Assembly: GCA_018396675.1 (NCBI GenBank)
Contig: JAGTQX010000004.1
Coordinates: forward strand, 3,697-67,696
Source of the DNA: Candidatus Bathyarchaeota archaeon
Lineage (GTDB): Archaea > Thermoproteota > Bathyarchaeia > Bathyarchaeales > Bathycorpusculaceae
Direction of reading: 5' to 3'
Length of the DNA: 64,000 nt
The notes below the pieces were generated by a model that was not told the DNA's origin, searched no databases, and saw only the letters and a program-made list of their open reading frames with translations. Below are positions 29,223 through 38,935 of this stretch, piece by piece. The translations under genes and the position numbers were made by a program. Numbering within the stretch: the first letter of the stretch is position 1; every line of letters starts with the position of its first letter.

Positions 29223-30428
29223 TTAAGCCCAGAAGGTTTTTGAATACTCTTTTAAAACCGTTTCATACACGTTTTTTGTCTGTTGGCTTATTATTTTCCA
29301 GTTAAATCTTTCAAGAACCCTTTTGTAAGCGTTTTCTCGAAGTCTACATGTATAGTCATTGTCAAGCAAGACTCTCGTGATTCCCCAAGCCAGCGAATCC
29401 GGATTGCCGGGGTAAACTTTAACTCCAGTTACGTCATGTTCCACAATCTCTGACAAGCCGCCAGTATCAGAAACAACAACCGGGCTTTTGGCGGCCATCG
29501 CCTCAAGCGCAACTATTCCGAAGGGTTCAAACAGCGATGGGACAACCGACACGTCTGCACATTTTTGCAGGTTTCGTAATGTCGCGTCATCAACAAAGCC
29601 CGTGAATAAAACTTTATGTGACAAACCTATGCTTTTGACGTGTTCTGAAAGAGATTGTTGCATGTAGCCATTTCCAACTATGACAAATTTCGCGTTAACT
29701 TTTTCCAAAACTTTCGGAACAGCGTTTACCAACACGTGTATACCTTTTTCATAGACAAGACGCCCAACGAATAACACAATTTTTTCTTCAGGTAATGCGA
29801 AGCGTCGCCTAAACTGGTTTAAATCGGTGTTTTCGTGTTTTTCATATTCTTTGACTTCTACACCGTTTGGAATCATCACAAGCTTGTCTTCTGGAAGCCC
29901 GAAAACCCATTTGACATGGGAAACCATGTAGTTGCTGCAGCATATTACTCTCCAAGCTTCATAGGTAAGCCACGCTTCAGTCTCATGAATCATCTTCTCA
30001 TAATCAGAATGTATGCCGTTACGCCTTCCATACTCTGTGGAGTGCATAGTAGCCAAAAGAGGCTTCCTAAAAACGTGTTTCAAACCTATGCCAGCGTTTG
30101 CAACAAGCCAGTCGTGAGCATGAAAAATGTCAACTCCACCCAGACTTTTGACGAAAGCCGCAGCCTCCTTCTGCATGTTCATGTTCATCAAGTAAACCCA
30201 GCTTGCAAAATCCGGCGAAGGATTTTTGTAGGAATCCACCCTAAAAACTTCAACCCCATCCACCATCTCATGCTGTGGTGCCCCGGGAAAATCACACGTA
30301 ACAACGTACACTTTTACGCCGTTTTCTGCAAGACTTTTAGACAAGTGATAGACATGCGGCGAAATTCCGCCAATAATTCTTGGAGGAAACTCCCAAGTAA
30401 GCATCATCACTTTTAATTCTTTAGGCAT
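29223..30428 (-). CDS. GT4-family glycosyltransferase (glycogen/alpha-glucan synthase-like)
   Basis: MLTWEFPPRIIGGISPHVYHLSK at the N-terminus. GT-B C-terminal domain with PSLFEPFGIVALEAMA (E-x7-E region). 401 aa. Confidence 0.8.
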   Translation of the reverse strand: MPKELKVMMLTWEFPPRIIGGISPHVYHLSKSLAENGVKVYVVTCDFPGAPQHEMVDGVEVFRVDSYKNPSPDFASWVYLMNMNMQKEAAAFVKSLGGVDIFHAHDWLVANAGIGLKHVFRKPLLATMHSTEYGRRNGIHSDYEKMIHETEAWLTYEAWRVICCSNYMVSHVKWVFGLPEDKLVMIPNGVEVKEYEKHENTDLNQFRRRFALPEEKIVLFVGRLVYEKGIHVLVNAVPKVLEKVNAKFVIVGNGYMQQSLSEHVKSIGLSHKVLFTGFVDDATLRNLQKCADVSVVPSLFEPFGIVALEAMAAKSPVVVSDTGGLSEIVEHDVTGVKVYPGNPDSLAWGITRVLLDNDYTCRLRENAYKRVLERFNWKIISQQTKNVYETVLKEYSKTFWA

Positions 30429-31050
30429 TATGTGCCGTTTCCTCCATCAAGCTGCCATAAGTTTCTAAAATTGTTTCGATCCAAAGCTTGGCTTCCGGTT
30501 TTGCAATTTTTATTTTTGACTCCGGAACCTTGTAGATTCTAACAGCTTCATTCGCCATCCATTTAGACTTTACAAGGATTCTACTTGCCTCGTACATGCC
30601 AAGCCACTCGATGCTTTTGATAGCCATGTTAAACGGTGAGTTAGCTCCATGGGAACGGTGATCTTCCAAACTTTCAATAGAATAAACGAACGGTATGCCA
30701 AGCGCCTTCTTCAAAGTGACAGCAGCCGGTATAAAATGCCAATCATGTGCGTCTATTAGATCCACTTGCTTGCCAGATTTATAATAAATGTTGGCGGCTG
30801 CACGCTCAACTTCCTGATTCAGCGTAAGCACCCACGTGAGAACGCTGACATGTGTTTTGACGGGGTTTGTCACCCTGTAAGTTTTTACGCCGTATTCTTC
30901 ATCAAACTCGCCGGTTAAATAGTCGTGATATGTAACCACGTAAGGTTTAACGTTGTTTCTTGCAAGCTGCAAGGATAACTCTTTCACATAATCTGCAAGT
31001 TTTCCGACGACTCTTGGGGGAAATTCCCAAGAAAAAATTATTACCCGCAT
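30421..31050 (-). CDS. Stand-alone GT4 N-terminal-domain paralog (half glycosyltransferase, likely non-catalytic)
   Basis: 209 aa. It aligns by eye to the N-terminal Rossmann half of the two full-length GT4 genes (IIFSWEFPPRVVGKLADYV; IDAHDWHF) and stops before the nucleotide-sugar-binding C-terminal half. It overlaps the downstream GT4 start by 8 nt. Confidence 0.6.
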   Translation of the reverse strand: MRVIIFSWEFPPRVVGKLADYVKELSLQLARNNVKPYVVTYHDYLTGEFDEEYGVKTYRVTNPVKTHVSVLTWVLTLNQEVERAAANIYYKSGKQVDLIDAHDWHFIPAAVTLKKALGIPFVYSIESLEDHRSHGANSPFNMAIKSIEWLGMYEASRILVKSKWMANEAVRIYKVPESKIKIAKPEAKLWIETILETYGSLMEETAHNA

Positions 31051-31064
31051 TTGTTACCGCCAGT

Positions 31065-31316
31065 TTATGTGAAGAGTGCGCAGACTTTGATTATTCCTCT
31101 TCCAGTAAGGTAGTACCATTTTTTCCCTTGATTGTCACGGAAGCTTTCAACATAACCCTCGCAGCCATATCCATCCAAAATTTTTTCCACTTCAGTCATA
31201 TCCAATTGCAGAACTTGGGCGAGTTCTTCACTTTTTCTAGCTAGGTCAGGGGCTGTAGCGCATAAATTGTGAAGTGTTTGTAAAAGTTTCTCGGAGACTG
31301 GAAGCTCTTCACTCAA
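31065..31316 (-). CDS. Small winged-helix-like DNA-binding protein (83 aa)
   Basis: Pattern SEELAQVLQLDMTEVEKILDGYGCEGYVESFRDNQGKKWYYLTGRG looks like helix-turn-helix plus a beta-wing. It sits between GH57 and the half-GT in the same orientation. Confidence 0.45.
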   Translation of the reverse strand: MSEELPVSEKLLQTLHNLCATAPDLARKSEELAQVLQLDMTEVEKILDGYGCEGYVESFRDNQGKKWYYLTGRGIIKVCALFT

Positions 31317-31379
31317 ACACTGTTCACCTTCAACTGTTAAAACTGTATAAGCGCGTTTCCTATTAAGGCAAGTATGCGC

Positions 31380-32927
31380 TTAAAAGTATTCCGTCGCCAC
31401 TTTTGCTTGCTGAACCAACTCGGTGAATCTTTCACGTGTAACTTTGATTAAGGCTTTACGCAACTCTTGCCCATTAAGTTTTGAATTCCTAACTTCTTTT
31501 AGTTTTATGGCTAAATCCTTGTCGTGGAGAGACTGTTCAGCCCATTTTTCAAAGTCGCCTCGGCTGTTGTGAAAATCAATTGATTTAATTTCAACGTTTT
31601 GCAAGGCTTTTAGAAACCCTTTAAGACTCCAAGCCATTTTTCCTGTAAAGTTTGCTTCTCCCACGCCCTTGTAGAATAGAAAGGGCTCGTTTGCAGTTAT
31701 TGCAGCCAAACGCACACGATTTTCAAAGTCAAGGATTGCCGATTGAGCGGTTATGTAAGCGTCTGTTGGGGTATTAAACGGGCTGAAGTAGGAGTGCACT
31801 TCGCCAGGTGCTCCTCCAGCTGTGAACATGTAGTATAAGTGATCGCTTGTCTGGAAATATCGCCAAACTTTAAGAAAATCTTCGTCGTCAGTTTCCTTTA
31901 CAAGTTGTTCCAGTCGTCTCAAAGAAGTGTAGTAAGCCCATTGCATCGTGTTTCCAAGCCAGCAACTTGCATCTCTTTCCAAGTCAGCCCACGAAACGGT
32001 TCCGCCGAGTTCTGGAACATCAATTTCGCCGGCAACTTCATGTTTCTCGATAACTTCTGAAGGTGTAGCCATGTGCAGATGCCACCATTTCAAAATTTCC
32101 TTTGGCAGATGCCTCAAAAACTCGTGTATGCCAGTCTCTGGCCAGTGATGTTCACCGAAGGTTTCGTAATCTGGGAAAATGTTTATGCATTGACCAGGTG
32201 TCGCCGCCAACCAACTTGCATATTTATCTGCAGTTAATGGCCATTCGCTCCACCATCTAGCAGAAAACCTGAAGCCGATGTCGTCTGTTAGTTTATAATT
32301 TCTTAGAAGTACTTTGATTTTTTTGCATCCTTTCGGTTTATATGGATAATTCGGTGATTTTCCATGCAGTATTTTTTCCACACCTTCAGTGAATATTCCT
32401 TTATAGCCAAGCTCTTCAACCGTTTTTGCTATAGCGTTATTATATATTAGTTCAGTGTTTTCGAAAACTTGCGGAGTGTAACCTAACAAGTCCTTTACTG
32501 TCTGCCGGTGCAGTTTCACTTGCTCCATAAATTCGGTCTTCTCTGGATAGAGGCTTGCCAGAGAATGGTGGTATGTTTGGTTAAGAAACTCGACGCATCC
32601 AGTTTCCGCCAGCTGTTTGAACGATTCTAAGAGATCTTTGTTAAACATCTCGCATTGTTCAAGGAAAATTCCGGAAATGCTGAATGAAACTTTAACCTGC
32701 TTTTTCTCTCGTTTATGCTTATCAATAAGGTCTAGGAGTATTTGGTTTGAGGGAAAATAGCATTTTCTGCATGCTCTTTCGAAGATTTCCCTATCAAGTT
32801 CATGGTTGAAGTAGTAGTCGAAAAGCTTCTCTTTTTTGAGTCGTTTAAACATACGGTTTTCCCAGAAGTAATCCTTCCGCAACCTGTGCGGTTGGTGAAC
32901 CTCGAATATGAAGACTATGTCCGTCAA
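31380..32927 (-). CDS. GH57-family alpha-glucan-active enzyme (AmyC-like alpha-amylase)
   Basis: N-terminal IFEVHQPHRL GH57 signature. ETFGEHHWPE (catalytic Glu region) and SDHLYYM. 515 aa. Confidence 0.85.
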   Translation of the reverse strand: MTDIVFIFEVHQPHRLRKDYFWENRMFKRLKKEKLFDYYFNHELDREIFERACRKCYFPSNQILLDLIDKHKREKKQVKVSFSISGIFLEQCEMFNKDLLESFKQLAETGCVEFLNQTYHHSLASLYPEKTEFMEQVKLHRQTVKDLLGYTPQVFENTELIYNNAIAKTVEELGYKGIFTEGVEKILHGKSPNYPYKPKGCKKIKVLLRNYKLTDDIGFRFSARWWSEWPLTADKYASWLAATPGQCINIFPDYETFGEHHWPETGIHEFLRHLPKEILKWWHLHMATPSEVIEKHEVAGEIDVPELGGTVSWADLERDASCWLGNTMQWAYYTSLRRLEQLVKETDDEDFLKVWRYFQTSDHLYYMFTAGGAPGEVHSYFSPFNTPTDAYITAQSAILDFENRVRLAAITANEPFLFYKGVGEANFTGKMAWSLKGFLKALQNVEIKSIDFHNSRGDFEKWAEQSLHDKDLAIKLKEVRNSKLNGQELRKALIKVTRERFTELVQQAKVATEYF

Positions 32928-33059
32928 AGCTTTAGCCTCTCGCGTTTAGCCATATTTGTTATGGGTGTTATTTCTGATTTGCTAAAATTTAGATTAGATT
33001 CGGATTTTGAATTCATAATTTATTTATCCCATATAGGCGTTTCATTACTTAAACCAAGG

Positions 33060-33788
33060 GTGAAAAGTGTGTCGATTGAAAAAATTAGCGTAGAAAGTCG
33101 CAAAGAGCTAGAACAAATGATAATCAGCGACATAAGCATCGTTGAGAAGGGTTTAACTGTGATTTGCAACAACGTTCCAATCAGCGATAAAACCAGTTTA
33201 GATGTTCTATGTCACGACAGCAACGGACAACTGGTCATTTTGCAGCTGAATGTTCAAGAAGATGACGCACTTCTGCTTCAAGGACTGCAAAGCCTAGACT
33301 TTGTAGACAAGTTTAAGTCTTTTCTGAAAGCCACGTACAACAAGCATAAAATCGACGACAAAGAAAAACCGAGACTGATAATGATTGCGCCAAGCTTTTC
33401 AGACGCGGTTAGACGAGCTGTTGAAAGCATGAAAGGAATACGCATAGACCTATACGAGTGGGAGTACCTAAAGCTTGGAGACCACAAAGGCCTCCGCCTC
33501 CAACCTATTTTTACATGGAAGCAGCCCGAAAAACCAAAGGAAAAAGAGGAAAAACCAGCAGAAAAGAAACACGAACCAAAAACGCCTAAAAAGAAAGAAC
33601 CAGAGCTGCCACAACCGGCGCCAGTTGTTCCAGAAAAGAAAGAGGAACCAAAAACTGAACCAGAACCAAAAACAGAGACGCCGAAACATGAAACAGTAAA
33701 AGAGCCGCAGCCAACATTTCCAAAGCCAGTGCAAGAAAAACCAAAGGAAAAAGAAGAACCACCGAAAAGAAAACTGAAGCTCTTCTAA
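33060..33788 (+). CDS. NucS/DUF91-like (PD-(D/E)xK-fold) protein with degenerate motif and K/P/E-rich disordered tail
   Basis: ELEQMIISDISIVEKGLTVI..SLDVLCHDSNGQLVILQLN..PRLIMIAPSFSDAV follows the DUF91/NucS C-terminal-domain pattern, then an 89-aa K/P/E/T tail. I placed the start at the GTG at 33060. The track start at 32802 would overlap the GH57 5' end. Confidence 0.5.
   Translation: MKSVSIEKISVESRKELEQMIISDISIVEKGLTVICNNVPISDKTSLDVLCHDSNGQLVILQLNVQEDDALLLQGLQSLDFVDKFKSFLKATYNKHKIDDKEKPRLIMIAPSFSDAVRRAVESMKGIRIDLYEWEYLKLGDHKGLRLQPIFTWKQPEKPKEKEEKPAEKKHEPKTPKKKEPELPQPAPVVPEKKEEPKTEPEPKTETPKHETVKEPQPTFPKPVQEKPKEKEEPPKRKLKLF
33519..33785 (+). repeat. Purine-rich low-complexity coding tract (K/P/E/T-rich tail)
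   Basis: The DNA is dominated by AAA/GAA/CCA-type codons (aaaccaaaggaaaaagaggaaaaaccagcagaaaagaaa...). All three frames on both strands give long low-complexity ORFs here. Confidence 0.8.
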
Positions 33789-33853
33789 AAAACGCTACTA
33801 CAAAGTCGAAATATTAACCTTCCAAAATTGTAAGGGTCAGAAGGCTTTTTTAT

Positions 33854-35152
33854 TTGCGCATAGGATTTTTTGTCTGGGAGTATCCGCCGGCTCTTGTTGG
33901 AGGTTTAGGCACCTACGCTGAATACATTACACGCGAATTTGTTTCAATGGGCAACGACGTCACAGTTTTCACGCTTAATCCTGGAAACCTAAAGACCCGC
34001 GAAATCATAAAGGGCGTTGAGGTTCACAGACCCTTAATCGCAGATGCAAGCAACATTTTTCCCATGTTCGTGATAGACGACTTGAAAAAATGGGGCACAA
34101 ACATCCGCTTATTCAACGACATCTTCATCTACAATGTTTTAAGTGCAACAAAATTTGTTAACAGCATGCTGAAAAAGGAAGGATGCAATTACGATGTGGT
34201 ATGCGTCCATGACTGGTTAAGCAGCATTGCTGGAATCATAATTAAAAACGAAACAAAAGTTCCTGTTGTCTTCCATGTTCACAGCACGGAATGGGGCAGA
34301 AGCGGAGGACAAGGTTCAGAAGTGGTCTCGTATCTTGAATCTGCCACGGCGCAGAAAGTAGATAGGATAATAACTGTGAGCCACGCCATGCAAGAAGACC
34401 TTGTGAGGCACGGGTGGCCCAAAGCGAAAATAAGCGTTGTCTGGAACGGTGTAGACCCAGAACGTTATAATCCTAAAAAGTGTAAGCCAGAAGAAGTTGA
34501 AGCGATTCGTAGTAGATACGGCATAAAACCAGAAGAGAAAATGGTGCTGTTTCTCGGACGACTGACATGGGTGAAAGGCGTAATAAACCTTGTTCAAGCA
34601 ATGCCCATGATTCTAGAGGAGTATCCAAACACAAAACTGGTGATTCTGGGCAAGGGAGAACAACAAAACGACATAATCGAAGCTGCGGCCAGGCTTGGAA
34701 TAAGCAATAAGCTTATTTGCAGGTTTGATTTCGTGCCAGAAAAAGAGCGCATCTTGCATTATGCAGCCGCTGATGTCTGCGTCTTTCCGTCAACTTATGA
34801 ACCGTTTGGTATAGTAAGTCTAGAAGCCATGTCCATGGAAAAACCGATAGTTGTCGGCGCCCAAGGAGTTGTAGGCTTCAGAGAACAAGTTGTGTCATTT
34901 GGTCCAGACCAGAACGGCATACACGTCAACGGTGGAAACCCAGCGGACATTGCATGGGGAATAAAAGAGGTTTTATGTGATTCGGAAAGAGCCAAAAAGT
35001 GGGGAGAGAACGGCAGAAAAAGAGTCTTACAGTATTTCACATGGAGAAAAGCCGCCGAACAAACCTTACAAATATACGAGACGCTACAGAGCAAACAGGG
35101 ACAAGAAGAAGCCAGAATTGTTGACTTGCTTGAGAAAATCTCACATAAATAA
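33854..35152 (+). CDS. GT4-family glycosyltransferase (glycogen/alpha-glucan synthase-like), third paralog
   Basis: FFVWEYPPALVGGLGTYAEY, VCVHDWLSS and PSTYEPFGIVSLEAMS. 432 aa. TTG start. Confidence 0.8.
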   Translation: MRIGFFVWEYPPALVGGLGTYAEYITREFVSMGNDVTVFTLNPGNLKTREIIKGVEVHRPLIADASNIFPMFVIDDLKKWGTNIRLFNDIFIYNVLSATKFVNSMLKKEGCNYDVVCVHDWLSSIAGIIIKNETKVPVVFHVHSTEWGRSGGQGSEVVSYLESATAQKVDRIITVSHAMQEDLVRHGWPKAKISVVWNGVDPERYNPKKCKPEEVEAIRSRYGIKPEEKMVLFLGRLTWVKGVINLVQAMPMILEEYPNTKLVILGKGEQQNDIIEAAARLGISNKLICRFDFVPEKERILHYAAADVCVFPSTYEPFGIVSLEAMSMEKPIVVGAQGVVGFREQVVSFGPDQNGIHVNGGNPADIAWGIKEVLCDSERAKKWGENGRKRVLQYFTWRKAAEQTLQIYETLQSKQGQEEARIVDLLEKISHK

Positions 35153-35162
35153 AAAGTGGAAA

Positions 35163-36392
35163 CTAACGTTTACGTGCAGCAGCCTTTTCGAGAGCCACCA
35201 CGCCTGGAAGCTTTTTGCCCATTAGAAACTCGATTAAGGCTCCGCCAGCTGTGCTTATGTAGGAAATTTTGTTTGAAAGCCCAAGCTCTTGCAAAGCTGC
35301 AATCGTGTGGCCGCCTCCGGCAAGCGAGAAAGCCTTTGAATTCGCAATTTCCTCAAAGACGCTTTTTGTTCCGTAAACGAATTCGCTGTTTTCGAAAACG
35401 CCCATAGGCCCGCTTACCACGATTGATTTTGCGCGCCGCAGTATTTCTGAATAGTTTTCAACTGTTTTTGTTCCGATATCAAATATTGGATATTCTGTTG
35501 GGAGTCTTTCAACAGGGATTTCTCTGCGTTTCTTTCCGATTTCAAAGGCTACATCTGCTGGAACCTTAATCTGGTCTGAATATTTTTGCATGAGTTCTTT
35601 CACGCCTGGAACCAGTTCCATCAGCTTTTTCTCTTCAAGCAACTGCATGTTCGGCTTGCCTAAGTTAAAGCCTTTAGCAACAAGAAAGACTTGTCCAACA
35701 ACGCCGCCAGTTAAAATGTAATCAGCTATTTTGTTGTCGAGCACGTAGTTTGAGATTTCAAGAGAGTCATCAGCTTTGGCTCCGCCGAGAACGTACACGC
35801 ATGGCTTTTCCGGGTTTTCTAACACTCTGCTTAGTGATTTTAGTTCACGTTCCATTATGCGGCCGGCAACGCTTGGCAACACGGCTGTGAAACCAACTAT
35901 GGAGACGTGAGCTCTGTGGGCTGCCGCGAAGGCATCGTTGACAAAAATGTCTGCTAGGGGAGCTAGAGCCTTAACGAGTTCCTTTTTTGCGTGTTCTTCT
36001 GGTGTACCGTCTTTTGTTTCTTCGGCAAAGTTTCTAACGTTGTCCAAAACGAGAATTTCGCCGTTTTTTAGTTCTTTTATTGCTTTTTGGGCTTTTTCTC
36101 CGAAAACGTCATCCACGTATTTAACTGAAGTGCCGAGGATTTTTCCGAGAATTTCCGCGTGTTGCTTTAAAGGTATGAAGTCTGGGTCGCCTTTTCTTCC
36201 TTGATGCGCTAAAACGACGACTTTCGCGCCTTTTTTGGCTAGCTCCTTGATTGTTGTTTCGCCGTGTGCTCTAATTCTTGTGTCGTCTAAAACTTTCTTT
36301 GTGTCGGGGTCAACTGGAGAGTTAAAGTCGACTCTTACAAGAACTATTTTGTTTTTAACGTTTACATCATCTAATGTTAAGTATTTCGCCAT
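35163..36392 (-). CDS. pgk: Phosphoglycerate kinase (archaeal-type sequence)
   Basis: LVRVDFNSPVDP..VLDDTRIRA, VVLAHQGRKGDPDF and GGGHT..A motifs. 409 aa. Confidence 0.95.
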   Translation of the reverse strand: MAKYLTLDDVNVKNKIVLVRVDFNSPVDPDTKKVLDDTRIRAHGETTIKELAKKGAKVVVLAHQGRKGDPDFIPLKQHAEILGKILGTSVKYVDDVFGEKAQKAIKELKNGEILVLDNVRNFAEETKDGTPEEHAKKELVKALAPLADIFVNDAFAAAHRAHVSIVGFTAVLPSVAGRIMERELKSLSRVLENPEKPCVYVLGGAKADDSLEISNYVLDNKIADYILTGGVVGQVFLVAKGFNLGKPNMQLLEEKKLMELVPGVKELMQKYSDQIKVPADVAFEIGKKRREIPVERLPTEYPIFDIGTKTVENYSEILRRAKSIVVSGPMGVFENSEFVYGTKSVFEEIANSKAFSLAGGGHTIAALQELGLSNKISYISTAGGALIEFLMGKKLPGVVALEKAAARKR

Positions 36393-36465
36393 GTTTTTCT
36401 CATCCTCTCTTTTTTTGGTTTTTAAACAGAAAAATGGGTTGTGTTTGATGTTGCGTTTGGTTCTT

Positions 36466-37485
<1,020 letters not shown>

Positions 37486-37588
37486 TCACCGTTACCTCAA
37501 GTTTGAGTTAGTAATGAGTCACGGTTCTCCTAATTAATTTTCTGATAGACTTTTGTTGAAAAGAACGTGGAAAAAATGGGGGTCGGCT

Positions 37589-38935
37589 TCAGCGAAGCTT
37601 CATTAAAACCATTTCTGCAGCTAAAACGATTGGTTCCCATGTCTCGCACAGTGGCGGTGCATATGCTGTGTCGGCTTTGGCTAGTTCCCGCACGGTCATC
37701 TGTTTCTGTATGGCGAAAGAGATGGCGTTTATGCGTTGGGTTACTTCTTCTCCGCCCATTATCTGTGCGCCTATTACACGTTGAGATTCCCTTTCAACTA
37801 CGAGCTTAACTTTTATTGGTAAAGCGCCGGGATAATAGTCTGCCTTTGTTTTTGAGGCTATTGTCCCAGTTACTGTTTCTATTCTTGCCCTCTGCGCGGC
37901 CGCTTCAGTTAAGCCTGTTACGCCCACTTGCATATCGTATAGTTGGGTTACTGCTGAACCTAAAACTCCTGTGAAAAGTGAATAGCCGCCTGCAGCGTTT
38001 ATTCCAGCCACTTTTCCTTGCCTCACGGCAACGGTTCCAAGCTGTGGAACGGCTGGTTTTTGGGTTACTATGTGTGTGGATTCTGCGCAGTCTCCCACGG
38101 CGTAAACGTCTTTTATGCTTGTTTCCATTCGCGCGTTTGTTTTGATGGCTTTTGTTTCGCCTAACGCTATTCCAGCTTCTGCCGCCAGTTGAGTGTTTGC
38201 TCTTACGCCGAAGGCGCTTATGAAGAGGTCTGCGTTGATTTGTTCGCCTCCGGCAACTATTCCCGTAACCTTGTCCGTGCCTAGGAACTCCTCGACTGGT
38301 TTTCCAAGCAAGATTTCTATTCCTTTTTGTTCCAGCATTTCTTGAACAATTTTTGCAAAGTCGGCGTCAAGCATTGCTGGCAATATTTGCGGTAGCATTT
38401 CGACGACTGTTACTTTTAAGCCTCTTTCTTGGAGCGCCACTGCGGTTTCAAGCCCTATGAGCCCGGCGCCCATGATTACGGCTGTTTTTGCGCCTTTTTT
38501 TACGGCTTGGTCTATTCTTTGTCCGTCTTCAAGTGTTCTAAGCGGGAGTATTCCCTGTTTTTCTTTTCCTTTTATTGGTGGTGTGAAGGCGCTTGCTCCG
38601 GTGGCGATTATCAGGCTGTCGTAGGGAATTTCTTCTTTTTTGCCTGTTTTGTCTATTGTTTCAACTGTTTTTTTGCCAGTGTCAATTTTTGTTGCTTTTG
38701 TTTCGGCTTTCAGGTTCAGTTTCATTATTTGGTAGTAGCTCGGCGGGAAAACAATCAGGTCTGTGAAGTTGGGGATTTGTCCGCCTATTACGAATGGTAA
38801 GCCGCATCGCGAGTAGCCAGCGTTTTTTTCTTCGGTTATCAGCGTGATTTCTGCTGTGCGGTCTGTTTTTCTGGCTGCTGATGCGGCGTCTACGCCGGCT
38901 GCATGCGCTCCGATTATCACTATGCGTTTTGGCAA
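37589..38935 (-). CDS. Pyridine nucleotide-disulfide oxidoreductase of the NADH oxidase / CoA-disulfide reductase family
   Basis: IVIIGAHAAG, a single redox-Cys context YSRCGLPF near the N-terminus, a second Rossmann motif VIMGAGLIGLE, and AVGDCA. The TTG start directly abuts the gcvH stop. Confidence 0.8.
   Translation of the reverse strand: MPKRIVIIGAHAAGVDAASAARKTDRTAEITLITEEKNAGYSRCGLPFVIGGQIPNFTDLIVFPPSYYQIMKLNLKAETKATKIDTGKKTVETIDKTGKKEEIPYDSLIIATGASAFTPPIKGKEKQGILPLRTLEDGQRIDQAVKKGAKTAVIMGAGLIGLETAVALQERGLKVTVVEMLPQILPAMLDADFAKIVQEMLEQKGIEILLGKPVEEFLGTDKVTGIVAGGEQINADLFISAFGVRANTQLAAEAGIALGETKAIKTNARMETSIKDVYAVGDCAESTHIVTQKPAVPQLGTVAVRQGKVAGINAAGGYSLFTGVLGSAVTQLYDMQVGVTGLTEAAAQRARIETVTGTIASKTKADYYPGALPIKVKLVVERESQRVIGAQIMGGEEVTQRINAISFAIQKQMTVRELAKADTAYAPPLCETWEPIVLAAEMVLMKLR

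Noticed and set aside
32802-33059. The 5' extension of the NucS-like ORF given in the track (start at 32802).
   Set aside because: It would overlap the 5' end of the divergent GH57 gene by 126 nt and would cover the AT-rich promoter-like spacer. An in-frame GTG at 33060 downstream of a TATA-like tatttat is more plausible, but the start remains uncertain.
33468-33734. ORFs in alternative frames and on the opposite strand over the K/P/E tract (33468-33734 minus, 33475-33699 plus).
   Set aside because: They are artefacts of the purine-rich low-complexity DNA. Any frame stays open there. Only the frame continuous with the NucS-like domain makes sense.
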